Source: an uncultured Methanosarcinales archaeon (GTDB lineage: Archaea; Nanobdellota; Nanobdellia; Woesearchaeales; SM23-78). From it: a stretch of DNA of 64,000 nt. Each line of letters starts with the position of its first letter. The first letter of the stretch is position 1. The position numbers and the translations under genes are program-made. The DNA lies in NCBI GenBank assembly GCA_964354085.1, contig CAYGYA010000049.1, forward strand, positions 3,887-67,886. Reading direction: 5' to 3'. Of this stretch, positions 49,384 through 59,866 are shown piece after piece. A model generated the notes under the pieces. That model saw only the letters and a list, made by a program, of their open reading frames with translations. It did no database searches and had not been told where the DNA came from.

Positions 49384-49965
49384 ATGATTACAAAAAATAA
49401 ACACACAGAGGAATTCCTGCTAAGTAAAAGTCATCCAGTGATTAATTTGTTCTTTAAATTTGCTCAACTGAAGAATTTGTATAGACAAGGATGGCTAAAA
49501 AGAGGTGTTTCAAAATTAGACTGCGAGACTGTTGCAGAACATTCCTTTGGAGTTGCTTTATTGGGATACGTAATTGCAGGAGAACATGCAAGCTTAGACC
49601 GGGATTATATTATGAAATTAGGGCTAATTCATGATATAGGAGAAGTATATGCAGGTGATATAACTCCTAAAGACAATATTAGTGCAGAGGATAAAACGCA
49701 AAAAGAATATGATGGTATTCGAAAAGTGTTTTCAGGTTTTCCTAATCCTGACAATTACGTCTCTTTATGGAAAGAATTTGAAAATCAAACATCTCCAGAA
49801 GCAAAATTTGTGAAAGAAGTAGATAGATTAGAAATGGCCTTACAGGCTTATTTATATGAAAGAATGAATTACAAAGGATTGAATGATTTATTCCCTTATA
49901 TTCAAGAAAGAATAACCTCTCAAGAATTAAAGCCCATACTAAATGAGCTCCTAAAATTAAGATGA
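49384..49965 (+). CDS. HD-domain 5'-deoxynucleotidase-like (YfbR/HDDC2)
   Basis: RQGW, ETVAEHS, IHDIGE..GDITP and DRLEM motifs. Confidence 0.88.
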   Translation: MITKNKHTEEFLLSKSHPVINLFFKFAQLKNLYRQGWLKRGVSKLDCETVAEHSFGVALLGYVIAGEHASLDRDYIMKLGLIHDIGEVYAGDITPKDNISAEDKTQKEYDGIRKVFSGFPNPDNYVSLWKEFENQTSPEAKFVKEVDRLEMALQAYLYERMNYKGLNDLFPYIQERITSQELKPILNELLKLR

Positions 49966-49998
49966 AACAATCTGAGAGTTTTAAAAGTACAAGAAAAC

Positions 49999-50598
49999 TC
50001 ACACTCCTTTCTCCGGGTGGAATGGCTTGCCCCAATCAACAGGAGATTTTAGTTGGAGGTACTGTTTTATGGTGTTGTGCAGCCTGAAAGCTGTAAGATA
50101 CAAGTCATGCTTATAGCTCTTAATGTTCTCAAGATAAAACCTTTCCCTGAACCATCTGTCAAAAATCTTAAGGATAGGATTCTTCTGCCACTTATTCTGG
50201 TAATCAAGCTGCAGCCATGCCTCTATGAATAGGATAACATCGCCTTTATTAGTGGTAAATTTCTGTCCTTTATGCATGATCTCAATCTTTTTCATGTAAA
50301 GGACTACCCAGTCGATTTTCAAGTAATACCTGTAGTATTTATTATCCCTTGGCACCTGGACCCCTCTCCACCATATCCTATGCTCTTTCTGGCCATTAGC
50401 AAATGAGCGGTCAAGATAAAGAGCTTCAATCTTGTCATCGCCACTGTCTACAGCTACAAATCCTTCATCTCCAAGCCACTCCCATATAAGCTTGTAAAGA
50501 TTCTTGAGGTGAAAGGTTTCCTCATTCTCAAGCTCAAACCTGGTGGCTAAGATATCTCTCTCATTCCCAGGCCTTAGTTGAGCAGGTGGATTTGCCAT
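49999..50598 (-). CDS. Hypothetical protein
   Basis: 199-aa ORF with GAGGT SD. Confidence 0.7.
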   Translation of the reverse strand: MANPPAQLRPGNERDILATRFELENEETFHLKNLYKLIWEWLGDEGFVAVDSGDDKIEALYLDRSFANGQKEHRIWWRGVQVPRDNKYYRYYLKIDWVVLYMKKIEIMHKGQKFTTNKGDVILFIEAWLQLDYQNKWQKNPILKIFDRWFRERFYLENIKSYKHDLYLTAFRLHNTIKQYLQLKSPVDWGKPFHPEKGV

Positions 50599-50624
50599 AG
50601 TATAACCTCTGATTTAGGGATTAT

Positions 50625-51401
50625 TTAAATCTTTTGTAAAGCAACTTTTTTTCTCTTTTCTATGTTATTCCTTATTAAGGTTTGTTTCATAACTCCTTCC
50701 TTGATAAATGCGCCAAACATCCTCCTGAAGAATAGATATGTAGGCATTGGATTAGTATCTATCCTTATCTTATTGCGCTTAACAGCATCTATAACTGCAT
50801 CCTTGTTCTTTGCAGAATCAATCCATGTATAGGTGGAACCTAGCTCGTAGAGTTTGTGAGCATCAGAAGTGCCTATTATTGGCTTATGATATTTTTCTGC
50901 TATTGCAACAGCCCTTGGATTGCCTGCTATGAACTTAAAAAAAGGATTAATCAGGGCTTTGGTGTAAAAATGACTGAATTCTATTGCATGGAATTTGTCA
51001 ATGTGCTTTACAAGCTTGGTATCCAGGCAGTGGCCTGTTAGGAAAAAAGGATGAGGAGCAATTATCAGTGCAGAATCCTTTATTTTTTCCAGGTCTTCAA
51101 ATTTTTTTATTCTTGCAAGCTCATCATTGGTTATGTTAATTATTAAGACATCTTTGCCACGTATCCTGGCCTCTGCTCCAGGGATAAGAAGAATGCCTTT
51201 CTTTTTTGCATAACTCTTAATAGCCTGATTAAAGAACACGCTCATATGATTGGTTATGGATAATACTTCAAACTTTTGCTTAGCAGCCAGCCTTATAAGG
51301 TCTTTTGCAGAATACTTAACAAACCAGGAATCATAAAGGTCTTCATGGGTGTGAATGTGCAAATCTGATTTCAAAAAATTATTATTTTTTGATTTTAGCA
51401 T
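50625..51401 (-). CDS. PHP-domain metallophosphoesterase
   Basis: DLHIH, ITNH, PHP and TSDAH motifs. Confidence 0.88.
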   Translation of the reverse strand: MLKSKNNNFLKSDLHIHTHEDLYDSWFVKYSAKDLIRLAAKQKFEVLSITNHMSVFFNQAIKSYAKKKGILLIPGAEARIRGKDVLIINITNDELARIKKFEDLEKIKDSALIIAPHPFFLTGHCLDTKLVKHIDKFHAIEFSHFYTKALINPFFKFIAGNPRAVAIAEKYHKPIIGTSDAHKLYELGSTYTWIDSAKNKDAVIDAVKRNKIRIDTNPMPTYLFFRRMFGAFIKEGVMKQTLIRNNIEKRKKVALQKI

Positions 51402-51427
51402 GAATAATATCCTCTAAAATTTGAACT

Positions 51428-52603
51428 CTAGTCCAAGAACTCCTGCTTTTTTATCTTTTCTGGCAGGTATTTTTCAGAAATAAAACTGATTCCTTTTGAT
51501 GACAATGCCTGGATTTCTACTTTTGCCCCAAAGTCTTTCATCATCTTGAACTGCCTCTGCCAAGCTTTGTGCTTCACAAACCATTCATAGTTCTGCATCT
51601 GCTTTAGCCTCGCGATGTCCTTATCTGTCAGCTTGATGAAGTGCCTTTTCAGGTCGTAGTTAACTACATCATCACAGGTTATTCCCAGGAACTTGACATC
51701 TGATATTGCCATCTCATCTGCCATGTGAGCCAAGCTTATGCTTCCAAATTTTAGTACAGAATAAATATACCATCCCCAGGGGTCGTTATCTGCAAGGACA
51801 TATATTGGCAGCTTATGCTCTGTGGAGAGCCTCTGGAGAAGCCTTCTGATTCCTCGCGTTGTCTGGCCTTGTGATGACATGATTATGCAGTTCTGCTTTG
51901 CCCAGAACTTGTCTTCGTGAAGACGTTCCCATACTGCTGCTTTCTCCATGTAAATAACGTATCTAGCTTCTACTTTCTTGAACTTGATATTCTCAACATT
52001 ACTGGGGATTGACCATCCTCCTGAACCTAGCTTTGACCAGTCTATTATGTCGCCAGAGTCTTCAACAACTACTTTGCCTGCGACGCTTCCCATCTTGTTG
52101 GCATTAACATTAAGGTTTTCTCTAGAATAGCCTGTTATCAGCTCCAAGTCTTCGATTGATTTGTCTGATTCTGTCTGTTCATCAACAACATTAATCTTGG
52201 TGTTAGGGATGGTTCTCTTTGCCATGTAGAATACGTCTCTCAGGCTTGCGTGCTTGGTAACATCAAGCAGGTTCTTGCATATGGAAGCAATCTCTATTGT
52301 TTGCAAAAATTTTTTTGAGTGCGCAACATTGAAGAAGAATCTCTGGGCTGTCTTGTCTCCTAGGCCAATGGTTTTTGATTCCTTGTCATAAACCACATTA
52401 CTTAATCCTCTCACAGAAAGTTCTATGTGAGGGTTTTTTCCCTTGTTAATATCGTCTATAATACCATAGCCTAGCTTGATGAGCTCTTTTTTTGCGTCAG
52501 CAGTGTTTGCAGCTTCTTTCCCGCTCAAGGATTCTTTCTTAGCTTCAGTCTTAGGTTCTTTCTTAGATTCTTTTTTTGCATCTTCTTCTTTTGCTTTTGG
52601 CAT
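51428..52603 (-). CDS. top6A: DNA topoisomerase VI subunit A
   Basis: RDVFY catalytic Tyr, MEK and DNDPWG toprim motifs. Confidence 0.96.
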   Translation of the reverse strand: MPKAKEEDAKKESKKEPKTEAKKESLSGKEAANTADAKKELIKLGYGIIDDINKGKNPHIELSVRGLSNVVYDKESKTIGLGDKTAQRFFFNVAHSKKFLQTIEIASICKNLLDVTKHASLRDVFYMAKRTIPNTKINVVDEQTESDKSIEDLELITGYSRENLNVNANKMGSVAGKVVVEDSGDIIDWSKLGSGGWSIPSNVENIKFKKVEARYVIYMEKAAVWERLHEDKFWAKQNCIIMSSQGQTTRGIRRLLQRLSTEHKLPIYVLADNDPWGWYIYSVLKFGSISLAHMADEMAISDVKFLGITCDDVVNYDLKRHFIKLTDKDIARLKQMQNYEWFVKHKAWQRQFKMMKDFGAKVEIQALSSKGISFISEKYLPEKIKKQEFLD

Positions 52604-52640
52604 TTTATTTTTCTAACTCCTCATTATACTCTATTGTGCT

Positions 52641-54296
52641 CTATTCTTTCTCTGCTTTTTCAGAGCCATTATTCCCATTACCATTACCGTTATTGTTTTT
52701 CTCGTCTTCATCAACTTCTCCTTTTAATGACTCCATGTCCATGATTTCTTTTTGTATCTCTTCCTTCTTAATCATATCCTGTAGTTTCTTGAGAAGCTTT
52801 TCCTTGCTTTCTCCTGTTAGTCTTGAAAGAGAGTCTGCAACTTCAGGTATGTACCTTTCAAAAAGGTTGGCTCTATCGAGCTGATTCTTTACTTTGTGTT
52901 TCTTATGAACATAGGTCTGTAATCTTCTTCCTGCTTCCTGCAAAGCAAGCTTTACCTCGCTGATTATCTCCGGGTAATGAGCAATTGCTTCTTTTGATTC
53001 TGAAGTAAATGGCACCCATACGCTTGCTATGTGTACGGCAATTGTTACTGGCCCATTAGGCAGTGCGCCATTGCTCTGGTTCAGGCCATAAGGCTTCCAG
53101 TTAGTCTGGGTTACACTCTTGAAAATACTACAAGCTCCTTGCTGGTAAAGAAGAGGGACTCTGTTGGCAAACCTCAGGAGATTAATAGTTTGGTCAGTTG
53201 GCTGAGTGCCACCGTAGGCAATAGCTACTTCTACTTGAAAGGGATTGCCTCGATAAACAGCAGGGCTTCTGCTTACTGCGCAATAAAACTCTGCATTAAC
53301 TTCTTTTCTCAAGCCTTTTTCAAAAGCTTCTTCTCCAATTGGGCTTATGCAGTCTGTTGGTGGGCTGATGATTTTTGTGTTTTTGATTGCATTGATAAGC
53401 TTCTCTGCATCATCTCTTGTGATTTTCTTGGGCGAAGTGCTTGGCGGGACAAGGGCTTTCTCGCATATTTCTTTTGCAGTCCCTGGGCCTACTCGTGAGA
53501 ATTCGCTTGTCAGGAATGCCTGCAATGTCCTGTTGTCTGTGTTGCTCAGCATTTTTAGGAGTATGCCGAGCTCGATTCCATAGGGATGAGGCTTTATCTC
53601 AATGGGTTGCTTTGGCAACACCTGCGTTGCCCTAGGAAAAATTATCTGCTCTGCTTTTGGATTAACATAGGTAATGTTAACATGAGGATTAATTATTGCT
53701 GTCTGTTTCAGGTATTCGTCAACGCTCTGAGGGCCTTTTAGATAGCTTCCTTCCAAATCCAGCTCTACTCTTGTGCCCTGAGGCTTTTCCCATTCCTGCT
53801 CCTCATCCTTGAGAATTAGCGGTTTATTATTGGCAGTGTCAATTTTTAATTCATAGTAATGCGCAGGCTTATCAGGCGCTATTTTTGATATTATTTTTGC
53901 AGGCCTGCCTGTTGTGAGCTGAGCATACATGACGCTTGCGCTGATTCCTATTCCTTGCTGTCCTCTGCTCTGTTTAAGCCTGTGGAACTTGCTTCCGTAC
54001 AAGAGCTTTGCAAAAACCTTGGGTATCTGATTGGATACAATTCCAGGACCATTGTCCTCTATTACTGCCCTGAACCTGTCATTGCCCATGTCAACAAGCT
54101 CAATCATTATTTCTGGGAGTATGTCTGCTTCTTCACAAGCATCCAGAGAATTATCAACAGCTTCCTTAACTGCTGTGAGAAGAGCTTTTCTCTTATTATC
54201 AAAGCCAAGCAAGTGCCTATTCTTCTCAAAAAACTCAGCAATAGAGATTTCTCTCTGCTTTTTTGCCATTTCCTCTGCCTTGATTGCTTCAGCCAT
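52641..54296 (-). CDS. top6B: DNA topoisomerase VI subunit B
   Basis: EAVDNSLDA, DNGPG, RGQQGIG and VPFTSESKE motifs. Confidence 0.97.
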   Translation of the reverse strand: MAEAIKAEEMAKKQREISIAEFFEKNRHLLGFDNKRKALLTAVKEAVDNSLDACEEADILPEIMIELVDMGNDRFRAVIEDNGPGIVSNQIPKVFAKLLYGSKFHRLKQSRGQQGIGISASVMYAQLTTGRPAKIISKIAPDKPAHYYELKIDTANNKPLILKDEEQEWEKPQGTRVELDLEGSYLKGPQSVDEYLKQTAIINPHVNITYVNPKAEQIIFPRATQVLPKQPIEIKPHPYGIELGILLKMLSNTDNRTLQAFLTSEFSRVGPGTAKEICEKALVPPSTSPKKITRDDAEKLINAIKNTKIISPPTDCISPIGEEAFEKGLRKEVNAEFYCAVSRSPAVYRGNPFQVEVAIAYGGTQPTDQTINLLRFANRVPLLYQQGACSIFKSVTQTNWKPYGLNQSNGALPNGPVTIAVHIASVWVPFTSESKEAIAHYPEIISEVKLALQEAGRRLQTYVHKKHKVKNQLDRANLFERYIPEVADSLSRLTGESKEKLLKKLQDMIKKEEIQKEIMDMESLKGEVDEDEKNNNGNGNGNNGSEKAEKE

Positions 54297-54410
54297 TTTA
54301 ATTAGAACTTTAAAAAGGTTATAAGTTATTTATAAACCTTTGCTTAATGCCTACAATTTTTTTTCAGATTATTAGGAAGTTATTTATATTAAATACGCTT
54401 CTTTTATGAC

Positions 54411-54854
54411 GTGATTCCAAACTTTTTTTCAAAAAAGGAAATGCCAAAGAACATACCTGAAGCTATGGAGAAAATAGTTAAAGAGCTAAAGAAGTCAGCA
54501 AGCAAACAAGCCTGTCTTAGAAAAGCTTATGAGCTGCTTGCCAAAAAATATTACGGGGACAGGTTAATGACTTACACTCATTTATTTGAACTATTTAATG
54601 CTGATCCTGTTGTTTTATGGGACAAAAGAGGTTATTTGCATTGCACACACATTAACTATTTGTTAAGAATACTCCTAGTTAAGAGTGGTTGTTTCAAGGA
54701 TGAAGATATAAAACTTAAATGGACTGTTATATGGTACCTCAGCCCTCACCAATACCTAGAAATAAGACTGAATGACCAGAAAACTGTGAATGTTGATGTC
54801 TGGGGAATTAAATATGGCATAAAATTTGGAGATTATGCTCACGGATTCCATTAA
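54411..54854 (+). CDS. Transglutaminase-like domain protein
   Basis: C (HCT), H (PHQYL) and D (VDVWG) triad spacing. Confidence 0.6.
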   Translation: MIPNFFSKKEMPKNIPEAMEKIVKELKKSASKQACLRKAYELLAKKYYGDRLMTYTHLFELFNADPVVLWDKRGYLHCTHINYLLRILLVKSGCFKDEDIKLKWTVIWYLSPHQYLEIRLNDQKTVNVDVWGIKYGIKFGDYAHGFH

Positions 54855-54878
54855 AATATGTTGACCTGCAACAGTTTA

Positions 54879-55493
54879 TTACGACATTGGCGAGGCAATA
54901 TCTTTTTTGCCAGCAACCCTATGATATAATTTTTTAAATGAAGAATTGAGATAATCATTGATTCTCCTTGATACTGGATGCAATCCTGCCATTGCACTTA
55001 TCCAGCAGAGCCCGCCAAAAACCCACGAAGCAGACCTTCTTAAGCTCTCTGCCATTTCAGTATGTTCCTTGAGCATAAAGTTTGAGAATAGCATGGTTGT
55101 CTGGAAAACAGAAATGTCTGCAACATAATCAGCTGCAATAAATGTCCCAACAAATTTTCCAAATTCCTTGCTAAATATTTTCTTGTATTTTTCTTTGTTT
55201 CTTAGGTATTCAATGCCAAAAGCGGTACTATAACCGCATGCATATCCTATTACATAGCTGCCAGCAAGTGAAGCAAATTCACTAGTATACCCTAGTGCAT
55301 GAGCAGCCTTTGGTCCAATCGCTGCGCCGGCTGTAGAAGCAAAAAGAGGCACAACTAATCCTTTCATGTAATATTTCCAATTTGCAGGATAGTTTTTTAC
55401 TTGCGCTTTAAGTTCAGTCAGGAGCGTTGGTTTTTCAACTGGGTTTTCAACCCTCTGCTCTAATGATTTATCTAAAGAAGTCAGATCAGACAT
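54879..55493 (-). CDS. Hypothetical membrane protein
   Basis: Four hydrophobic segments; overlaps the HAD gene stop. Confidence 0.7.
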   Translation of the reverse strand: MSDLTSLDKSLEQRVENPVEKPTLLTELKAQVKNYPANWKYYMKGLVVPLFASTAGAAIGPKAAHALGYTSEFASLAGSYVIGYACGYSTAFGIEYLRNKEKYKKIFSKEFGKFVGTFIAADYVADISVFQTTMLFSNFMLKEHTEMAESLRRSASWVFGGLCWISAMAGLHPVSRRINDYLNSSFKKLYHRVAGKKDIASPMS

Positions 55494-56193
55494 TTATTCC
55501 ACACCCTTGAAGGCGTTTCTCAAGCTCTTTTCCAGAAGCTGCCACATAAAAATTGTGCGCTGGCCTTGAACTATCATTATGCTGTGCACGAATTGCTTCA
55601 GAAGGGTCAATGTATGGTGTGAAAAGTATTCCTGCCCATCCAAACTGCTCAATCCCTGTTCTCAGATAGCTTTCCTTGTCATCAATAAAGAGGACCCTAT
55701 TGTATCCTTTAATCTGCTGATAGATTTCAGGTTGTGGTTTTACTGAACCAACTTGAAATGAGTAAATAGCAGGCATTGAATTATCATAGAGGTTGAGAAC
55801 ATCAGGCCATTGCCTGTTTATAGTATCCAGTGCAAAAGCACTCATGTTAGACAACAATCCCACTGAATAACCTGCCCGGTATGCCCTGAATTTCAAATCA
55901 ATCATTTCTCTTATTTCTCCGGGCCAGTTGAGTTTAATTAGTCCCATTATCTGTTCCTTAGGGATAGGAGTATTTGGTGATATGAGGTTTGCTACGCCAG
56001 ATAAATTCTCTTCAACTGATATTTTTCCGAGCAGCGCGTCAATTTCAATGTTACTTTCACTATACACCTTGGCAAACTCATCTGTAGTGCATCCTCTTAT
56101 TTGTGCTGCTTTCTCATAAAAGCTTTTATAGTCCAGCTTCACAAGAACAGCGCCAACATCAAATAGAACAAGGGTCTTTCTCATTCCTTTCAT
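55486..56193 (-). CDS. HAD-superfamily hydrolase (YihX-like)
   Basis: FDVGAV, LLSN, KPQPEIY and FIDD motifs. Confidence 0.85.
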   Translation of the reverse strand: MKGMRKTLVLFDVGAVLVKLDYKSFYEKAAQIRGCTTDEFAKVYSESNIEIDALLGKISVEENLSGVANLISPNTPIPKEQIMGLIKLNWPGEIREMIDLKFRAYRAGYSVGLLSNMSAFALDTINRQWPDVLNLYDNSMPAIYSFQVGSVKPQPEIYQQIKGYNRVLFIDDKESYLRTGIEQFGWAGILFTPYIDPSEAIRAQHNDSSRPAHNFYVAASGKELEKRLQGCGINV

Positions 56194-57226
56194 AATTCAT
56201 TCCAACTCGCTGGGTTAAAATCTGGCTTGCATGCATATATTTCTCCAGTGCTCATGTAATGAGCTATAAGAGCGCCAGCACACTGGTGCAGTATTGCTCC
56301 TGTGTTTGCTGGGGTTGTCTTTTCAATATGATCAGGGTCTGCTTTTGACTTATCAAACAGTTTGGCTTTGATTACTCTGCATACAGAATTGAAATCGTCA
56401 CGATAAGCAAGCAGTTCTCTGTGTTCCTTGTAATCTATAGCAGTATTCCAACGATTAAGAACATCATTAAATGACTTGTTTGTCCTGATTCTGGTAACAT
56501 AATGAGGATTGCCTTCTATCATTCCCCCTGAGAGCTTGCCTATCAGCTCTGCAGAAATCACATCTTCTTTTGTCAGGCCAACTTCCTCAACAAGCTCAGC
56601 ATCAAGCGACTCAAAAATTGGGTCTTTGCCAGTATGGTATTCTATTGAGCCTGCTGGGACAGACATTATTGTATCAGCAAAATTATATCCTCCTCTCAAT
56701 CCCAGAACAATAAAATCATCTGCTGTAATCAGGACGTTGCTTATGGATATTGCCTTTAGGGGAGACGTTTTGATTTTTCCTCGCCTAAGAAGCTGGGTCG
56801 CGTATGAATGCGCTGTTGTTGCTTCCAGGGTAAGCATGCCTTTTTCATACTTGTCACCTGAAATATGAAGCAGCAAGTCATTCCACCATGGCAGGAATAT
56901 TGCGTCCTCGCTTTGAGCCTCTGCTGGTATTCCAGCCAGGTTCATTAAATCATGAAAGTGTTTTTTCCATTCTTCCTGAGATTTTATTGCCTGCCTTAAT
57001 TCTTCAACCTTGACCTTATCCAGGGCTATAGGAGGAATTTCAGCTATGCCTAGTTTAGCTCTTGTTGCTTTTACTAGGTCTTCAATGCTGCCAGATATTT
57101 CCTTGTTTTCTCTTAGATTATCTCTTCTCTTAGATTATCTCCCTTTTGCAGATAATTGTATTTAATGCCTTGCCCTGGCTTAAGTGCCGGCAGATATACA
57201 TATTCAATATTAAGTAAAGTATCCAT
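56190..57226 (-). pseudogene. NUDIX-like gene frameshifted by a 17-bp tandem duplication
   Basis: PAGSIE...AELVEEVGL Nudix-like box; removing one TTCTCTTAGATTATCTC copy gives a 339-aa ORF from ATG 57226. Confidence 0.75.
57108..57141. repeat. Perfect 17-bp tandem duplication TTCTCTTAGATTATCTC x2
   Basis: Copies at 57108-57124 and 57125-57141. Confidence 0.95.
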
Positions 57227-57327
57227 TTAAGTTATTATAGGGGGAGAGGTTTATAAATGTTTCGTTTTTTTATCACCAAGAAGTGAGAACATTATAAAGG
57301 GTGTGTTTGTGGCTAAAAAAGCATAAT

Positions 57328-58035
57328 CTAGGTGATAAATCCATTATCCTTCAGGAACTTGAAGCCCAGCTTTCTTAATTCCTTCAGCTCCCAAAGCGTG
57401 TGAGCATCGCTGTTAACATACACCTGATCTGCTTTTGATAGCATCAGCTTTATTGCTTCCAGATGCTTGGCTGAGTTATCAGCGTATTTCGCAGGATTAT
57501 CACCAATTAAAAGGTATTTGCAGTTCAGCTCCAATGGTATCTTGTATTTATTAGCTAGCTCCACTATCTTGGCAATATCAAGTTCTGTTCCCTCGAGAAA
57601 AGACAAGTGCAAGTGGCCTATCATCTTGATAATATCATGATGCCTTTCAATTGCATTAATAAATGCTTGCGTCAACTTTTTTTTATCCCCCTTATAAACA
57701 TTCTTGTGATGTGATAGTATGTTAAAATCTGCATTCTTATTCTGGATATGGTCGCATATGCCTCCTTTCTCATTCATCAGGTCTGCTTCAACTCCAAAAA
57801 TCACTTCCACTTTGTTAATAACGTTTTGCCATCTACCAGCTTTAATAATTGTCCTGAAAGTCTTTTTTGGAATGCCTTCTGCATCAAGAGCGGCCTAGGA
57901 ATGGTCTGCAAAAACAAGCTTTTTCATGCCAATTTCGCCGGCATACCTAACCATCTCGTCAATAGTGTTAAATCCATCTGAGAAATTTAACGAATGCACA
58001 TGATAATCTTCTTTTTCAGTATTCAGAATTTTCAT
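57328..58035 (-). pseudogene. PHP-domain gene interrupted by one in-frame TAG (codon 47)
   Basis: DYHVHS..SDG, ADHS*AAL, GVE, SHH, GH and NSDAH all in one frame; TAG at 57895-57897. Confidence 0.8.
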
Positions 58036-58059
58036 TTTAGCACGTTACCTCTTTCATCC

Positions 58060-58698
58060 TCAGAATCCATGCTGTTCTCTCTTGTCTTTTCTTCTCCGGT
58101 CTTCAAGCCATTTGAAAACAGTTGAGTGCATGCTTCCCTTGATTAAGAACTCAATTGCCCTCTTTGCACTGGTTACTCCGCTGCACTCTCCAATAATGCC
58201 TATGGTCTTGCCATAGACGCACACTTCAGTGCCTGTGAGCTCTTCAACCACTCGCCTTGCTTTGCCTCCTGTTCCTATCACTCTTGCTTTAACCCTTGCG
58301 AGCTTGTTAGGCTTGTCAAGGCCATAATCCTTGAGATTGATTATTTCAAGCATATAATCAGGCTTTAATAGCAGGCTAGCAGTCTCTGGGCTAAATCCTC
58401 TTGCAATTGCCTGGATGATCTCCCTGAGCTCAAAAAGCTTCAAGGCATCCTTGCCAGTAATAACAACATCTCCCTCAGTAGAATCAACATCAATCTTTGA
58501 GCCAGACCAATCTTCCAAGTCATGCTTGTCCTTGCCCTTGACACCTATGAGAACAGCAATCCTGTCCCTGGGTATTTTGATAGTGTGAGAATAATCAGAG
58601 CCTTCAGCCAAATAATTATTAGTGTACTCAGTCTCTTCAGTCTCTTCTGGCTCAGAACTTGCTTCAACTGATTCTTCCTGCTTCTTTTTTCTTGGCAT
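58060..58698 (-). CDS. KH-domain rRNA-processing protein (Dim2/Pno1-like)
   Basis: RIAVLIG..G, AIARGFSPE and RVIGTGGK motifs. Confidence 0.9.
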   Translation of the reverse strand: MPRKKKQEESVEASSEPEETEETEYTNNYLAEGSDYSHTIKIPRDRIAVLIGVKGKDKHDLEDWSGSKIDVDSTEGDVVITGKDALKLFELREIIQAIARGFSPETASLLLKPDYMLEIINLKDYGLDKPNKLARVKARVIGTGGKARRVVEELTGTEVCVYGKTIGIIGECSGVTSAKRAIEFLIKGSMHSTVFKWLEDRRRKDKREQHGF

Positions 58699-58847
58699 AA
58701 ATGAGCGGAGACAGATTTTTTTTATAAATGTTTGCCAAATGATAAGTTTTCATAACTTTGTCGTGTCAACGGTTCTTTTTAAATGAATGCAATTCACTGG
58801 GCCGGTACAAGAAATTTTTATAAACATCAACAACATCCTGTTCTTGC

Positions 58848-59258
58848 ATGGAACTCACAAAACCAATGATTATAAAGAGAAATGAGACCAACAAAATAGC
58901 AACTTCCAGCGGAGAATTCCTTGAATATATTAGCTGGAAGCAATGCAAAGAACTGGCAGTTGGCATTGGCGTGCATAATTCTAGGTTTCCAAAACAAGGA
59001 TTCCTTGTAAATAATAAAGTGAGTGAGATGATTTGGCTATTAAAAGGAGCAGGCAGCATTGTAGTTAAGCAAGGAACAAAGGAGCAGAAGCTGCCCCTAG
59101 AAAAAGATGCCTTGGTTTTCATTCCAAAGAAAACACCTTTTTATTTTGAGCCAGAGCCTTCAATGGAGATTCTGTCAGCAACAGGACCTGCATGGTATCC
59201 TAAGCAACAAAAAGGCTTGGATTACAGAAGAAAAGAGTCTGGAAGGATGATTCTTTGA
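58848..59258 (+). CDS. Cupin-fold protein
   Basis: E..W.LKG.G, FIPKKTP and PAW pattern. Confidence 0.6.
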   Translation: MELTKPMIIKRNETNKIATSSGEFLEYISWKQCKELAVGIGVHNSRFPKQGFLVNNKVSEMIWLLKGAGSIVVKQGTKEQKLPLEKDALVFIPKKTPFYFEPEPSMEILSATGPAWYPKQQKGLDYRRKESGRMIL

Positions 59259-59293
59259 TTAAATTTATTAAGACAATCAAATAACTTCTAATA

Positions 59294-59866
59294 ATGAAAT
59301 TAATCTTGACAAGGCACGGAGAGACTATTGAAAACAAGCTTGGCATCTGCCAAGGCCATCTCCCAGGCAGCCTCTCTGGGGAAGGGCTTGCTCAGGCAAA
59401 AAAAGTTGCTCTTAGACTAAAAGATGAGAAAATCGATATAATCTATTCCAGTGACCTTGAGCGCGCAGCTGCGACTGCCAGGGAAATCATGAGATACCAT
59501 CCAGATACTCCTGCTTATTTTGTTCCTCAGTTGAGAGAAAGGGATTTTGGCAGCTATTCTGGCAAGAAATCTGATGAGCTAGACTGGAAACATACTCCGC
59601 CAGATGTGGAAACTCTGGAACAACTAAGAAAAAGAGCTGCTCTTTTCCTAGATAAACTTTATCAGTCTCATAGCCAACAGAATGTACTCTGCGTAGCTCA
59701 CGCTGGAATAAACAAAGAGTTCATAGCAGTCATCATGGACAAGCCAGCTGATTATGTTCGAGAGCTAGAGCAGCAGCACAACACTGCAATCAACATCTTT
59801 GACATAGGTGAAAATGGCAACCACAAGATTCATTTATTGAATTGCAAGAAACATCTTGAAGAATAA
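59294..59866 (+). CDS. Histidine phosphatase family protein
   Basis: RHGET, SSDLERA, LRERDFG and AHAG motifs. Confidence 0.92.
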   Translation: MKLILTRHGETIENKLGICQGHLPGSLSGEGLAQAKKVALRLKDEKIDIIYSSDLERAAATAREIMRYHPDTPAYFVPQLRERDFGSYSGKKSDELDWKHTPPDVETLEQLRKRAALFLDKLYQSHSQQNVLCVAHAGINKEFIAVIMDKPADYVRELEQQHNTAINIFDIGENGNHKIHLLNCKKHLEE

